A DNA stretch of 63,979 nt, the filler included, from Asterionella formosa (lineage: Eukaryota), in the NCBI GenBank assembly GCA_002256025.1. It is 23 parts of 23 records of this genome, joined end to end, with 100 filler letters (N's around TTAATTAATTAA, not from the genome) between each part and the next. Parts side by side here need not be neighbours in the genome. Positions count along the whole stretch, not along the records: positions 18,868 to 37,536 come from NKIB01003968.1; 22 more parts are not named here. One strand, written 5' to 3'. Made by a program: the position numbers and the translations under genes. The notes beneath the pieces were generated by a model. That model was not told where the DNA came from and searched no databases. It saw nothing but the letters and a program-made list of their open reading frames with translations. Below are positions 24,155 to 35,895 of the stretch, one piece after another (position 1 is the first letter of the stretch; every line of letters begins with the position of its first letter).

Positions 24155-25657
24155 TCAACTATCTAATGAGATATAATCGTCAGGAGCAAGAGCCACATGG
24201 ATCAGCTGGTCATGATCAGAAATCTTTTCTCTGGGCTGCTTTGGACTTCGTTTTCGCCTTGAATTTGATTCGAAAGCTTCGATCTTTTGATAGGCGTTCC
24301 AATTAATCACTTGCACCCCACGTGATTGTAGAAGTGACAGAAGACAGCTAGAATCACCATTGATTGGTGAAGGGGATTCGTTCAAATCTCTAACAATAGA
24401 TGCAACCGTGTCTTTTGCATCTGCAATATTTGTGCCGATAATGCCGCTAGGACCTCGTTTCAACCACCCAGAAACATACAATCCTCCTTGCGTCTCTGAT
24501 CCAGAATTAACCTTGCCGTGACTATTCAAGACAATTCCTCGTCTGTCATCAAAGAATTCTTCCAGATCGGGAACCGCAAGACCCTTGTATCCTATACTGA
24601 CAAGGACAAGATCTGCAGGGATTACCTCATATTCACCAGTTCCAATGGCGCTTTGACTTCCTTCTTCGCCAGTCAGCTGTGTTCGCTCACAAACAACGGC
24701 TCCAAGACATATTCCATTTTCCTTTGGTTCAAACTTGTATGGATTTAGTAGAAACCTTAGGTGTACTTGTTTTTCTGTTTTAGGATTCGTTGCTGCTACT
24801 TCGTGCAAGAGAGTATCGATGCGTTGTTTGGGCCTCGAATTTTGCAGCTCGACCAAAGAAGCATCTGTGGCACCAAGTTGTAGTTCAGTTTCAAGCACTA
24901 CAAAGCTTGTATTTTCCAGCTTGGTTAATTCGCGCAACTCCTTTATAGTGAATGCTCCCTGAACATGGCCACGTCGTCCCAAGATGGTTGTATTCTGAAC
25001 TCCTTCTTGTAATACGTCTAAAGCATGAAACGCAATATCTGTCTCCAGTAGTTGCGACATACCCTTCGTTAAGATCCTTGCACAGTCCAATGCCACGTTT
25101 CCTTGACCAATTACCACCACACGGGCTTCCTTTACCGTTCCAAGTGCTGATTTGACTGATTCTCCAATGTGTACAAAATCTGGATGTCCATTGTACCATG
25201 CAACAAATTCTCGTGCTGACAAAATCCCTTGCAACGACGTTTCTCCCTCAATTCCGAGTTTGCGATCAGATTCGCACCCATATGCCAAGACAACAATATC
25301 GTACATTTGCCTCAGCTCATGCAAAGCAACATCTCTTCCGACCTTGACATTGGCAAGGAGCTGAACGGCATGTTCGCCCTGAAAGAGCAACGAAAAATCA
25401 TTCTGTACGTTCTTCACTTCTGGATGATCTGGTGCCACACCCGATCGGACTAAACCAAAGGGTGTTGGTAACTTTTCGAGCATATCTATGGACGGTGGGT
25501 CATCCTTAAGTGCCATTTGCAGGTATTTGGCTGTATAGCATCCAGACGGGCCACTCCCGACTATTGCGACCTTGGCACCAAAAGTTCGAGTCTGCCAAGC
25601 GCGATATAAGCTGGCATTTTGACGTAGCAGTCGTTGGCTGCTTTGGAACCACATCAT
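24155..25657 (-). CDS. FDXR: NADPH:adrenodoxin oxidoreductase, mitochondrial
   Basis: VAIVGSGPSG, PFGLVRSGVAPDHPEVK, VVIGQGNVALD and GWLKRGPSGIIGTN. Arg-rich N-terminal presequence. Confidence 0.95.
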   Translation of the reverse strand: MMWFQSSQRLLRQNASLYRAWQTRTFGAKVAIVGSGPSGCYTAKYLQMALKDDPPSIDMLEKLPTPFGLVRSGVAPDHPEVKNVQNDFSLLFQGEHAVQLLANVKVGRDVALHELRQMYDIVVLAYGCESDRKLGIEGETSLQGILSAREFVAWYNGHPDFVHIGESVKSALGTVKEARVVVIGQGNVALDCARILTKGMSQLLETDIAFHALDVLQEGVQNTTILGRRGHVQGAFTIKELRELTKLENTSFVVLETELQLGATDASLVELQNSRPKQRIDTLLHEVAATNPKTEKQVHLRFLLNPYKFEPKENGICLGAVVCERTQLTGEEGSQSAIGTGEYEVIPADLVLVSIGYKGLAVPDLEEFFDDRRGIVLNSHGKVNSGSETQGGLYVSGWLKRGPSGIIGTNIADAKDTVASIVRDLNESPSPINGDSSCLLSLLQSRGVQVINWNAYQKIEAFESNSRRKRSPKQPREKISDHDQLIHVALAPDDYISLDS

Positions 25658-26400
25658 TTCCTCGCCAGCCTTATGCTTTCTTGTTTGTAGTTTTGCGGAC
25701 AATCTTTTGTAGTCCTGCTTTGCAAGATAAAGAATGTGCTGGATTGATGAGAGGATCTATTTGTTCACTTGGTATTCATCCCAAGAAAGAGAGGAGCTGA
25801 TGACGAACCAACCGTGATCAAGAAAGGAGTCGTCCCGCCGGTACTAAGTATCGTCTTTATTGAAGTCGCCGCTGTATCATTATTATTATCTATATAAATA
25901 CTTATTCATACCGGAATATCTTTTGTTTCATGAAATAGTGTACGGGTAGTACATCATTCCTGTATTTAAATCTCAATCATAGTAAACTGCGAGTTGAGGA
26001 GACATGATGCATCCGCCCCAGCAGTGCGCCAAAACAATACTTAGACGTATGCATTGTCAATATTCGCTCATACTAACTATGCTAGCTATGTATTTTATTA
26101 ACATATATGGTGGGAAAGAGGACGACTCCTCGTCGCCTACATACCTCATTCGACATGTATGGATATACACATAGACAACAATGTATTTATGTACATGAAG
26201 AATGATTCACATCGTCGCTGGACTCAAAACTCAATACAGTATAGCTAAAAAGTAGTCTGCTCCTAATGGATAAATGCATTGCTCACCAGTATACCGGTAG
26301 CACGGGGTACCGGCGCTACGGCAGTCGGAATCATAACTAATTCTGTTACTACTCTTGGAACATATTTTGCAATAGAAGCAAGCAACAGAACCTCGTCAAT

Positions 26401-26856
26401 ATGGCAGAGCAAGAACAAGGATGTTACCCTCGACTCAATGGAGCCATGCTCCAAAGCGGAGCGTTTGCCAATCAAATCGTTAGCGTTGTTGGGGTTGTTG
26501 TAAGCTTTGACGGTGTCACTTTGCAAATCAAGGCGTCGGACGGCATCGTCGTGTTGTGCTTGGCGGATGAAGTGACCGCAATACCAGGCACTGTCATTGA
26601 AGCCATTGGGGCAAATGGGGAGGATGGGACCTTGCAAGTGAGTGAAACAGCGTTACTCTTGTCCGTGAATCACGAATGTATGCTGGCGTTCTACTGACAC
26701 ACTTTATACAAATAGCTCTTTGTGACTCGCGAATTCCAAGGAGGTGCGGATATGGAGGTTTACAATCGCATGATTAAGGAGGTTATTCTCAACCCTAAGT
26801 TTTCCGAATACTTTGGCTCGTCGTTGGGTGTCATTCCCATGAGAATTGGTCAATGA
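26401..26856 (+). CDS. RPA3: Replication protein A 14-kDa subunit, 2 exons (26401-26637, 26716-26856)
   Basis: PRLNGAML...VSVVG OB-fold start. GTGAGT..TAG intron. Exon 2 reads LFVTREFQGGADMEVYNRMIKEV..KF.EYF. Confidence 0.85.
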
Positions 26857-27267
26857 ACTTATGCACTGATGGCCCTTTGCAATTAGAATGCCACAGTTTT
26901 TGTGGGGGAAACTTTGAGGGGAAGATTCACTAGATTGACTTTGTGTCGTCATGATATGCGTATTCGCATCAGAGAGTAACAAGGGTATTGAAACATCAAT
27001 GAACAAAATCTGTTTGAGTGATAATCTATCAAATGCGAATGATTATATTTGGTTGCCTCGTTAATTTTCATTGCTCGAATAACATTACTATAGTTTGCAG
27101 CTACAGTATAGCTGAAACAAGATAGTGATACTGCCTGCGTGTCAATTGATACAGAACTGACAGTGAGCCTTCAAAAGGGTACTATTTCAATGGACACACA
27201 TCAGAAAACTAATGAATGTGTCCAAGATCAGCATCACGTACTGTCATGAAGATTGTATTGATAGATC

Positions 27268-28725
27268 CTATGGCGAAATACCTGTTAAATCTGGACTTTC
27301 CCCTCCTGCTGCCCAGTCTCGTAGGCCAATAGCACAATCCAGCAGAGTCCGGTGATGGCACCAACGTAAGGATGCAGCAAGCTGTTCTGCAATGACATTT
27401 TCTGGATCCTCTTCTGTGTTGTCATCGTTCCCTTTGGAACATGGTTGATGCAATACGAGCTGAAATGCAATGTCAGAAAGTCGTTTTGCCAAGCTCAAGG
27501 CAATCAATGGAGTCAACGTTAATTCATCGGCATTCGTATTGCCTGTCATTAGGCCATTTTGCTTCATGAATTGGTCCTCCGCTTCAACCAATTCATATGG
27601 GATTTTTGATGGCCCAACTTCATAGCGGACACCATTCAAATATGCTTCTGCAACACTATCATCGGTCTTCTGGCCACCCAAAAATCCATATGAAAACAAA
27701 CACTTCCATGATGGCTTAGCAGATTCACCATAATCAATAAAAACCTCCGTCCCCACTCCAATATCTTTCTTGGCACGCACTACTAAGTAATCGCCTTCTT
27801 GTTGAAAACAAGCATTTGCCGCTGTTCCCGCGTGATTGATGAAATCAAAAATGGGCGCCAAGACACGGACCGGGTGTCCTCCGTGCCCAACCAGCGCCGC
27901 TGTTGGTTCCATCAATCGACACGTTCTTGTTTGCACAATATCCAACGCATAGTCACATTGTTGCTTAAGTTTTCGAACAACACCGTCGTCGTCCATGTCA
28001 ACCTCGTCACTGCTTGCGAGCAGTACGAGTCCATCCATAAGATCCGCCACCGCTTGAGCTCGAGCGAAGTAGGCCGAGTCAACAGCAAGTTCTAGTGCTG
28101 CACATTGCGCACTGACGAGCACGTCCTCTGCCCAATGGATGGGCAGAGTGGCACGGAATTGAGCCGCATCCGGGAGCAAGTCTTTGTACCTACCTGGGGG
28201 GAGGTCCAATACACATGCAGCCAGGCGAGTGGCCCATTGCGACGGATGCTGCAAATTCGTAATGCCATCATGTTCTGGTTGCAGCCATTTCGGTGGTTTC
28301 GAATCCATGAGACACGATGAGAGCGGAACTTTGAGAAGGACGTGTCCGGTATCGACGGGACGATTTGCGTGGACGCCTCGAATTCCAGTAACAGGGTCTA
28401 CTAACAATGCCAGTAGATCGTGAGGAGACGTGACATTCATTATGGAGCACAGGTCGGTGAGGTCGACAGCGTCAGTGTTTTCATTGCTGCTGCTCAGCTG
28501 GGGACCTGGAGTCGCACCTATCCTGGGAGGTGGAGGAACATTGTGCTGACGGCCTCGTCTTTGCGAAACGTTCGTTCTTGTCTTGGCGGTGACGGCAAAG
28601 GCGATCGTGACTGCTTTGGAAAATGCAGTCATCGCTGCTTGTTGAACAAAGTCAGAACCATCGTTTAGGCAAGTCGGGGACACGAGCACCGGTAAACCGG
28701 CGCGTAATAGTAATACCAAAAACAT
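27268..28725 (-). CDS. SET-domain protein lysine methyltransferase (Rubisco LSMT/SETD6-like); start codon uncertain
   Basis: GIRGVHA, LLKVPL, LAPIFDFINH and EVFIDYG...LFSYGF. Confidence 0.85.
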   Translation of the reverse strand: MFLVLLLRAGLPVLVSPTCLNDGSDFVQQAAMTAFSKAVTIAFAVTAKTRTNVSQRRGRQHNVPPPPRIGATPGPQLSSSNENTDAVDLTDLCSIMNVTSPHDLLALLVDPVTGIRGVHANRPVDTGHVLLKVPLSSCLMDSKPPKWLQPEHDGITNLQHPSQWATRLAACVLDLPPGRYKDLLPDAAQFRATLPIHWAEDVLVSAQCAALELAVDSAYFARAQAVADLMDGLVLLASSDEVDMDDDGVVRKLKQQCDYALDIVQTRTCRLMEPTAALVGHGGHPVRVLAPIFDFINHAGTAANACFQQEGDYLVVRAKKDIGVGTEVFIDYGESAKPSWKCLFSYGFLGGQKTDDSVAEAYLNGVRYEVGPSKIPYELVEAEDQFMKQNGLMTGNTNADELTLTPLIALSLAKRLSDIAFQLVLHQPCSKGNDDNTEEDPENVIAEQLAASLRWCHHRTLLDCAIGLRDWAAGGESPDLTGISP

Positions 28726-29329
28726 GATACTAAAAGTCTCTATATAGTTTTGAACGAAATTCAGGTACCAGGTACCAGGTACTATGTCACGGTACTACAC
28801 TGTACCTGGTATGTACTCTGCATAGAGGCGCTGATGTGCGTACCGGTATACCGATTCGCATTTCATCCTTGCTTGTGGTGGTAGCAAAAGCGAGCACACA
28901 TCGCTCCGCCGGAGAAGAGTTGTGACCCCTTCCTAAAATACCATGTAAGCATCATTGGTTATTCTGTGTCTTTCATAACAATAGACATTCAAATGTGCTG
29001 CAAATACATCGGGATGAATGCACTGACGACAAAAATGGCAGCTGGGACTTGTATAACATTTGCTATCACTTGTACCAGCTTGCTTCGAAAGGGCGCAGTT
29101 CGAAACTCTGCATGATCGCTCACTTGTGCATGAAAAAGCATTGGATGGCATTATACCATCATCCATCAGCTTGTTTGGTACCAGGAGTTCTTAACTTGCG
29201 AAGACAAAATTGAGAAGTGATGAACAAATGCGAATTCCATTTCTGAGATATTTGCCACCGTCTCATATTGGCTTGTCCCATAAAGTCACGCACTGCATGA
29301 GTAGAAACAACATATTTCAAAACAACATC

Positions 29330-30715
29330 ATGATTGTTGGGCATTCGCTTCCCAAAAAATTCGCATTTATTGGACTTTTCGCTCTTGTGCTTGGAGTAGG
29401 ATGGGGGAATGCAGCCAGCTGGAATAAAGGAGATTTGTTTGTTGCGGTAAATGGCGGCGGCTTCCGAGTTTACAGTAATGATGGAACATTTAAGGAAAGA
29501 TTTTCCGCTGATACTCTATATCGTTATGGCTGTGCATTCAATAATGACCAGTCAATGTTGCTCTCAGGAAGCTATTCTTATGGTCCTATCTACGTGACAG
29601 GATTTGATGTGAAAGTTCCACACAATTTGACTATGCAGTCAAATTTACGAGCTTTTGTTTACAGTTATGACAGAGGTGGCATCGCTTTCAATAATAACGA
29701 CGAATTCTTCATTTCGGCAGGTACTAATTTATTTAAATTAAATGGAACAGGAGCTGCTTTGTCGATGTACTCACTGGAAGTTGAAAATACTAATGGGGGT
29801 TGGATTTTTGATCTGTCTGTAGACCAGAGTATTTTGTTCTACACATCTGGGGGAACAAGGATCCTTCGGTACAATGTGTCGAAAAGGACTCAATTCGATG
29901 ACTTTGCACTCCTACCAGAAGAAAACAAGACTACAGTGGCATATGGGTTGCGCTTGTTGCCACCAGGGGACGGAACCGGTGGCCTTTTGGTTGCCACAGA
30001 CAATAACATTAAAAGGCTTCATGGCAATGGAAGCATTGCCATGACCTATGATGTACCTGATGAAGACTCCTGGTATACAATCAATTTGGATCCAAATGGT
30101 GTCTCTTTCTGGGCTGCAAACTATGACAGTGGCAATTTTTACAAATTCAACATCAAAACTGGAGATATCGAAGTGGGGAAGACAAATGTGGAAGATGCCA
30201 AAATATATGGTTTCTGTGTGTTGGACGAGATTGTTGCTGCGAACATGTCAGTTTCCTCCCCTCTAAACGCTACTGTTGTGCAAAGTCCTGTGCCCACTCC
30301 ATCGCCAACCGATCAGATGACTCCATCACCAATCAATCAAATGACTCCATCACCAATCGATCAGATGACTCCATCGCCAACTCTCGAATCCACTCCTGCT
30401 CCCCCCATATCTCAAGGACCCATTATCACGACCACCAAAAATCCCATTACGGCGCAGCAAATTCGAAAGTGGCTCAACCAGAACCCTCTCAAGCCCACTC
30501 GTAAGCCCACAACTAATGGCCAGAGTCATTCCCATAAAAAGCACAAGAGGAGGCCGCTCAGACATAAAATGAATAGTCGTTCCAGAAAGGGCAAGAGAAG
30601 CCAATTCAATAATCACATGTCCAGCATTTTCAATCCTAATCCTACTCAAACACAGAGACGAAAGCACAACAACGGCAACAACGAAATCTTTCACGTCAAG
30701 AAAGGGTCTCATTAA
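29330..30715 (+). CDS. Secreted beta-propeller-like protein, paralog 1, with TPSPIDQM repeats and a basic tail
   Basis: Signal-like hydrophobic N-terminus, ~290-aa beta-rich domain clearly homologous to 31650-33311, and a Pro/Thr repeat at 30295-30380. Confidence 0.8.
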   Translation: MIVGHSLPKKFAFIGLFALVLGVGWGNAASWNKGDLFVAVNGGGFRVYSNDGTFKERFSADTLYRYGCAFNNDQSMLLSGSYSYGPIYVTGFDVKVPHNLTMQSNLRAFVYSYDRGGIAFNNNDEFFISAGTNLFKLNGTGAALSMYSLEVENTNGGWIFDLSVDQSILFYTSGGTRILRYNVSKRTQFDDFALLPEENKTTVAYGLRLLPPGDGTGGLLVATDNNIKRLHGNGSIAMTYDVPDEDSWYTINLDPNGVSFWAANYDSGNFYKFNIKTGDIEVGKTNVEDAKIYGFCVLDEIVAANMSVSSPLNATVVQSPVPTPSPTDQMTPSPINQMTPSPIDQMTPSPTLESTPAPPISQGPIITTTKNPITAQQIRKWLNQNPLKPTRKPTTNGQSHSHKKHKRRPLRHKMNSRSRKGKRSQFNNHMSSIFNPNPTQTQRRKHNNGNNEIFHVKKGSH

Positions 30716-31649
30716 AAGTGTATATGATTCACCAATCCATTTTTTTCATGTTCAAGCATTTATGTCAGGCCGACTTGCGAAAGCAAAAAGTAGTGAGAAA
30801 TGCATTCATACATAAATTCAAAATAGGGTATGTAAAAGACAACCACATTACGAAGCTCTAGTAAAACACATGGTAAACAGCGTCATAATACCTTTTTGGT
30901 GTGCTCATATGCATCCTATCTCGCACAACCAAATGGATAACAGGTACACTGATGATGAGAATTCAGAATTCGCATTTTCATTCTTGGGAAAAGCAAACAG
31001 ATTTTCAAATGGAGAAACAATTAATTTCTTGGCCCATGCATGCATATGATATACCATGCAAGCATCGCTACTGGTATTTGTTGGGTTTCACAATAATGAA
31101 CATACACATGTGATACAATGAACCTTGATGAACACGCTAATGATGTGGGTAGAGATACATTCATACATCAAATTCAAAATAAGGCATGCAAAAGGCCATG
31201 GCATTAATACGCTGTAATACAATGCATGGTAAATAGCTTAAGACAATGCTTTCTTTCATCTTGTGTTTGCCTGCATTCTATTTAGCATGACTGAAAGCGA
31301 ATACCAGTGCTTATTTTCCAAATTCGCATTTCATTCGTGGGAAAAGCGAACAGGTTCTCAACAGGAGAAACAAGTCTATCTTGGTAAAGTGACTTGCAGA
31401 ACATATTCCAGAATTGTACCAGCTCGTTTTACCAAGGGCGGTTCCGAACTGCGCAGGCTAACTTGCGAAGGCATTGCATAATCGAAAAACATCAGCCATC
31501 ATCTTGTTTGCTACCAGAATCTTGTAACCTTTGAATACTGAATTGAGAAGTGACGAACAAATGCAACTATATTTTCTGAGGTATTTGCATTCTTTGCTTA
31601 GCCATTCTTCTCATAATTACTAAAAACTAAAATGTTTTAGAACATCAAT

Positions 31650-33311
31650 ATGATTTTCAGGTGTGGGCTTCCCAAACAAGTTACATTCCTTTGGCTTGCC
31701 ACTCTTGTGCTTGGAACAGGATGGGCGAATGCAGAAATCTGGAATGCTGGAGATTTGTTTGTTGCAGTCATCGGAAAGGAATACCAAGGCTGGAGCTACA
31801 ATGTTTACAGTAATGACGGAATGTTTAAGGAAACAGTCGACTATCCTTACATGATTGCTGCTACAAGTAAAGGCTGTGCCTTCAATAATAAACTGTCCAA
31901 GTTGTTCACAGCAGCCTCTGCTGGTCAAGGCTCGATTCTAGTATATGATGTCGAAGACTCACATAATCTCACAGTCTACAATGCTAATAACCCAAATCCC
32001 AACTCCATCACTTTCAATGCAAATGATGAATTCTTTGTTGGGACCTCTGAAAATGTCGTAGAAAAGTTCAATCTCACAGGTGGAATGTTAAACACTTACA
32101 ACCCAGAAGTCGAAGTGCAAGGGGTTGACTGGATTGATCTTTCTGTGGACCAGACTACGTTGTTCTACACATCAAAGGGAAAGAGGATCCTTCGGTACAA
32201 TTTGTTGAAAAAGTCACAACTCGATGACTTTGTGGCTCTCCCAGAAGAAAACAAGTCTGTGGCATGTGCATTGCGATTGTTGCCACCAGGAGACGGATCT
32301 GGTGGCCTCTTGGTTGCCACATATAGTGACATTAAAAGGCTTGATGGCTATGGACGCATTGTCAGGAGATATGATGTACCAGGTGAAGGCTCCTGGTATA
32401 CAATCAACTTGGATCCAAATGGTGTATCATTTTGGTCTGCCAATTTTGACAGTGGGAATTTTTACAAATTCAACATCCAAACTGGAATTGTCGAAGTGGG
32501 TAATGAAAATGGGGAAGGTCCAAATATAAATGGTTTCTGTGTATTCGGCGAACCGGCGGCTGCAAACATAAATGCTTCCCCAAACACTCTGCAGGCACAT
32601 CTGCCTAGGTCTAGCCCAACAACATTTCTTGAGCAGAACAATTTTTCACCGACTTCTGTACCTAGTTCTGCTGAGTCAACTTCAGAGTTCCTCTCTGAAC
32701 ATATTTCTGAGTTCACTTTGGAGCCTACTTCTGAGTCGTCTTCTGAGGTCTCTCCTGAGCCTTCGTCTGAGGTCACTTCTGAGTCTTCATCTGGACCTAG
32801 CTCTGCTGATTCATCTTCTGAGTTCCTCTCTGAGAGTATTTCTGAGTTCACTTTGGAGCCTACTTCTGAGCCTTCGTCTGAGGTCACTTCTGAGTCTTCA
32901 TCTGGATCTAGTTCTGCTGATTCATCTTCTGAGTTCCTCTCTGAGAGTATTTCTGAGTTCACTTTGGAGCCTACTTCTGAGCCTTCGTCTGAATTAACTT
33001 CCAAACCTATCTCTCAGCTAACTGTTGAACCTATGTATGAACACATTTCTGTTCCTTCTTCTGAATTCCCTCTTAGACGTACATCTGAGCCAACGCCTGA
33101 GTACCCTCGTGCGTCCACCGAAGTTTACGTTACTGCAAAGAGAATTCAAGAAACGATATCCGAGACCAGCAAGGGAAAAATGACCCAATCCAAGAATGTC
33201 TTCACCATCGTCAATCCGAATCCTACGCAACAACAGATGAGGAAGCATCACAAGGGCAAGAATAACATCTTTCATGTCAGGAAAGGTTCTCATAAGGAGA
33301 AGCGTACATGA
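31650..33311 (+). CDS. Secreted beta-propeller-like protein, paralog 2, with Ser/Glu repeat stalk and a basic tail
   Basis: Shares LRLLPPGDG.GGLLVAT and SWYTINLDPNGVSFW with paralog 1. 111-bp repeat period (32820/32931). Confidence 0.82.
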   Translation: MIFRCGLPKQVTFLWLATLVLGTGWANAEIWNAGDLFVAVIGKEYQGWSYNVYSNDGMFKETVDYPYMIAATSKGCAFNNKLSKLFTAASAGQGSILVYDVEDSHNLTVYNANNPNPNSITFNANDEFFVGTSENVVEKFNLTGGMLNTYNPEVEVQGVDWIDLSVDQTTLFYTSKGKRILRYNLLKKSQLDDFVALPEENKSVACALRLLPPGDGSGGLLVATYSDIKRLDGYGRIVRRYDVPGEGSWYTINLDPNGVSFWSANFDSGNFYKFNIQTGIVEVGNENGEGPNINGFCVFGEPAAANINASPNTLQAHLPRSSPTTFLEQNNFSPTSVPSSAESTSEFLSEHISEFTLEPTSESSSEVSPEPSSEVTSESSSGPSSADSSSEFLSESISEFTLEPTSEPSSEVTSESSSGSSSADSSSEFLSESISEFTLEPTSEPSSELTSKPISQLTVEPMYEHISVPSSEFPLRRTSEPTPEYPRASTEVYVTAKRIQETISETSKGKMTQSKNVFTIVNPNPTQQQMRKHHKGKNNIFHVRKGSHKEKRT

Positions 33312-34006
33312 TTCACGAGATTCACGAGGTCCACTTCATTGTTTTGCGCGAGAAATTATTTTGGATAGGCCAGCGAAGGCAGAGAAAGAGCAAGAAATGC
33401 GTTCATACCATATCAATTTATAGTACACCTATGCAAAAGGCGAGGATAATACTAAGCTCTAATATAACAAATTGCAAACAGCTGAAAGATACTTTCTTTC
33501 CTATAGCATCCGAATGCATCCTATTCTGGCAAATTAACAAAGCAAACTTCAAAACTGATGATCAGATCTCGAAACGAAGGAGAAATGATCCTTGCTAATG
33601 TCATTACTATTTGTAATAGATGTTGAATAATTGAATGGTCAATAATCTGTTGATCCTCGAGCCGCCCGATGATATCTAGAATGTTACCGGGAATAGATAG
33701 TCCTGGGTAGCACATCAGCTTGATTCGTTTATTACCCTGTCACGTTGACCTGCGATTACGACAGCACAGTGGCAGGTGTCTGACGCGATCCAATCGTTTT
33801 GACCTCAGCGACAAAAAATAAAGTTTCTTCGTCTCGTGGATAATTGCTCCATTTCGAGATTCCATTTTTCGATGAAACATCAAATAAAGGCTAAATCACC
33901 AAATATGTAGGCTACGAATATTGTCAACTCAATAGAATTTCCTCACTGATATGAAGCAAAGCCGGCGTTTTTTCCTACACCGTTGTTCCAACAGCGTCGG
34001 ACCTCG

Positions 34007-34663
34007 CTACAGATTTGCCAATAATTCCTTCAATTGACCACTTTCAGCCAGAGGCAAAAGTCCAGGACCATCATTGCATCCTCCAATGTACTGTCCCTTG
34101 ATAAAAATGGAAGGAACTGATGTTCGCTTCGTCTTGCGTCCCAAAACTGCACGAATTTGGTTTCCTAAATTTCCATCCAGTTCGTCCAGTTCCATGGCAG
34201 TATAGCTGATGCTATTGTCTTCCATGTAGTCCTTGGCTCTTCTGCAGAATGGACACGAAGTGAAGCTAAACATGGCAACGGTATTGTTTTGTATGAAGCT
34301 GTCCACTTGAGCTGTGACTATGTCTTGATCAAAGTCGCCTGCTACAATGTCAGCCACAAACTGTTTAAAGCTATATCCCAAAGGGTTGTTGGCGACAATA
34401 GCTGAGAATTTATTGGCCAATGAGTCTCCTTCGCTCCATTCCATGGGCTCGCCGAGTCGGCCCTTCTCGTCCACTTCCGAACTAGCTTCGACACGAGCAT
34501 TTTCGAGCTTGAAAAGGGCGGAGGCGATTTGATCGAGAATTGGTCGCTTCATTTCGGATATTCGAAACGATGGTCGTCCATTGCGTGCTTGCTGAACGAA
34601 GGAGGTACAAAAGCGGATTGGTAGCAAAAGGGATATACATTGAAGTGCAGATAGACGCACCAT
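34007..34663 (-). CDS. Dithiol glutaredoxin (CPFC), probably plastid-targeted, with N-terminal extension
   Basis: FSFTSCPFC and RTSVPSIFIKGQYIGGCND. Signal peptide ends CTS-F. Confidence 0.9.
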   Translation of the reverse strand: MVRLSALQCISLLLPIRFCTSFVQQARNGRPSFRISEMKRPILDQIASALFKLENARVEASSEVDEKGRLGEPMEWSEGDSLANKFSAIVANNPLGYSFKQFVADIVAGDFDQDIVTAQVDSFIQNNTVAMFSFTSCPFCRRAKDYMEDNSISYTAMELDELDGNLGNQIRAVLGRKTKRTSVPSIFIKGQYIGGCNDGPGLLPLAESGQLKELLANL

Positions 34664-35895
34664 GATGGTTGGTGGCTGCTGCTGCAAATCCGAAATGACA
34701 TTGTGCTGCTGTCGTTGATTGTCACATACCTGATGCCGTGTATCGTTTTCCTCTACTACCGGTATACCGGTAGGCTACTGCACACATCACATGGGTGGAT
34801 GTGCTGTGACTTTGTTGTTCCTCTACGCCTTGCTTGCTTGCAGCTGGCATGGCGGTACTGCAGGTGGTACTCTACATTCTACATACATAATACATCGGAT
34901 GCATATCATGCCTATCCGTTAACGTTTCATTGGCACTTGGTACATACTAGGTACCAATATACATGCACCATCAAGGTAGACCTTGTCAACCCACAAGTTT
35001 TGACAGAACAGGAACAAGATGAACTACCAGTAAGTCACATTGATAGTGGGACAGTGGATGAGAGAGTGTCACAAAGATTCAGATATGTTTATGTTTCACT
35101 AAGTTCGTTCTTGTTTCGACTGCTGTGCTCTTGTTATCCCCAACTATTATGGTGAAGGAGAGTCACAGCAGTTTACTGACATATAATGAGCATGATCACT
35201 TGCTTGAATCAGGTAGAATATTTTAATTTTCCATTCATTTCTTCTCATATTCTTAGATTGTTATCATTGTTCTTGTGGTTGAGCCATTATGTTTGCCTTG
35301 CTGTGTATGCAATCGCAATTACAGGGTTGTTGTCTCGTCTGTAGTTGATGAGAGATAGGGATCATGTGACAGAAGCAACAAAAAACAATGACAAAAGAAT
35401 AATTACAATAGCAAATGGCAAAATAAATCAATTCTGTTGAATCTATTATACATGACCAATCCCAGGAAGAAGGGGGGAAGTTTTGCCTGCTTCCCATACC
35501 TCACTTGCTAACAGGAGCATTTGCTTCTTCTTAAACTGCTCAATGGACTACACTGTTCCTCAGATGGTACCTGGTACCCATTTCTTCCAAATTGTCTCAT
35601 GCCAAATTATCATGAGGTGGTGGGTATATGTCTCAATCTCCAGTTGTCATGGTACCGTATCTCATAATCTACTAAAATGAATGCTACTCGATCTATGCAT
35701 TCTTTCTTTATCCACAACAGGTACGGTAGACTAGATACCAATACGTGCACCGGTACCAGGGTACTCCTGGTACCTGGTACAAAATCTGCTAGCCACGGTT
35801 GTCAACAGATTATTGCCCGGCAGCAGCATGATAAAAATTATGATCATGTACCGGTATTATTAATAAATAAGTATGTATGTGGCGCATGCTATATT

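Noticed and set aside
32462..33004. Antisense and alternative-frame ORFs over the Ser/Glu repeat
   Set aside because: Shadows of the repetitive sense CDS.
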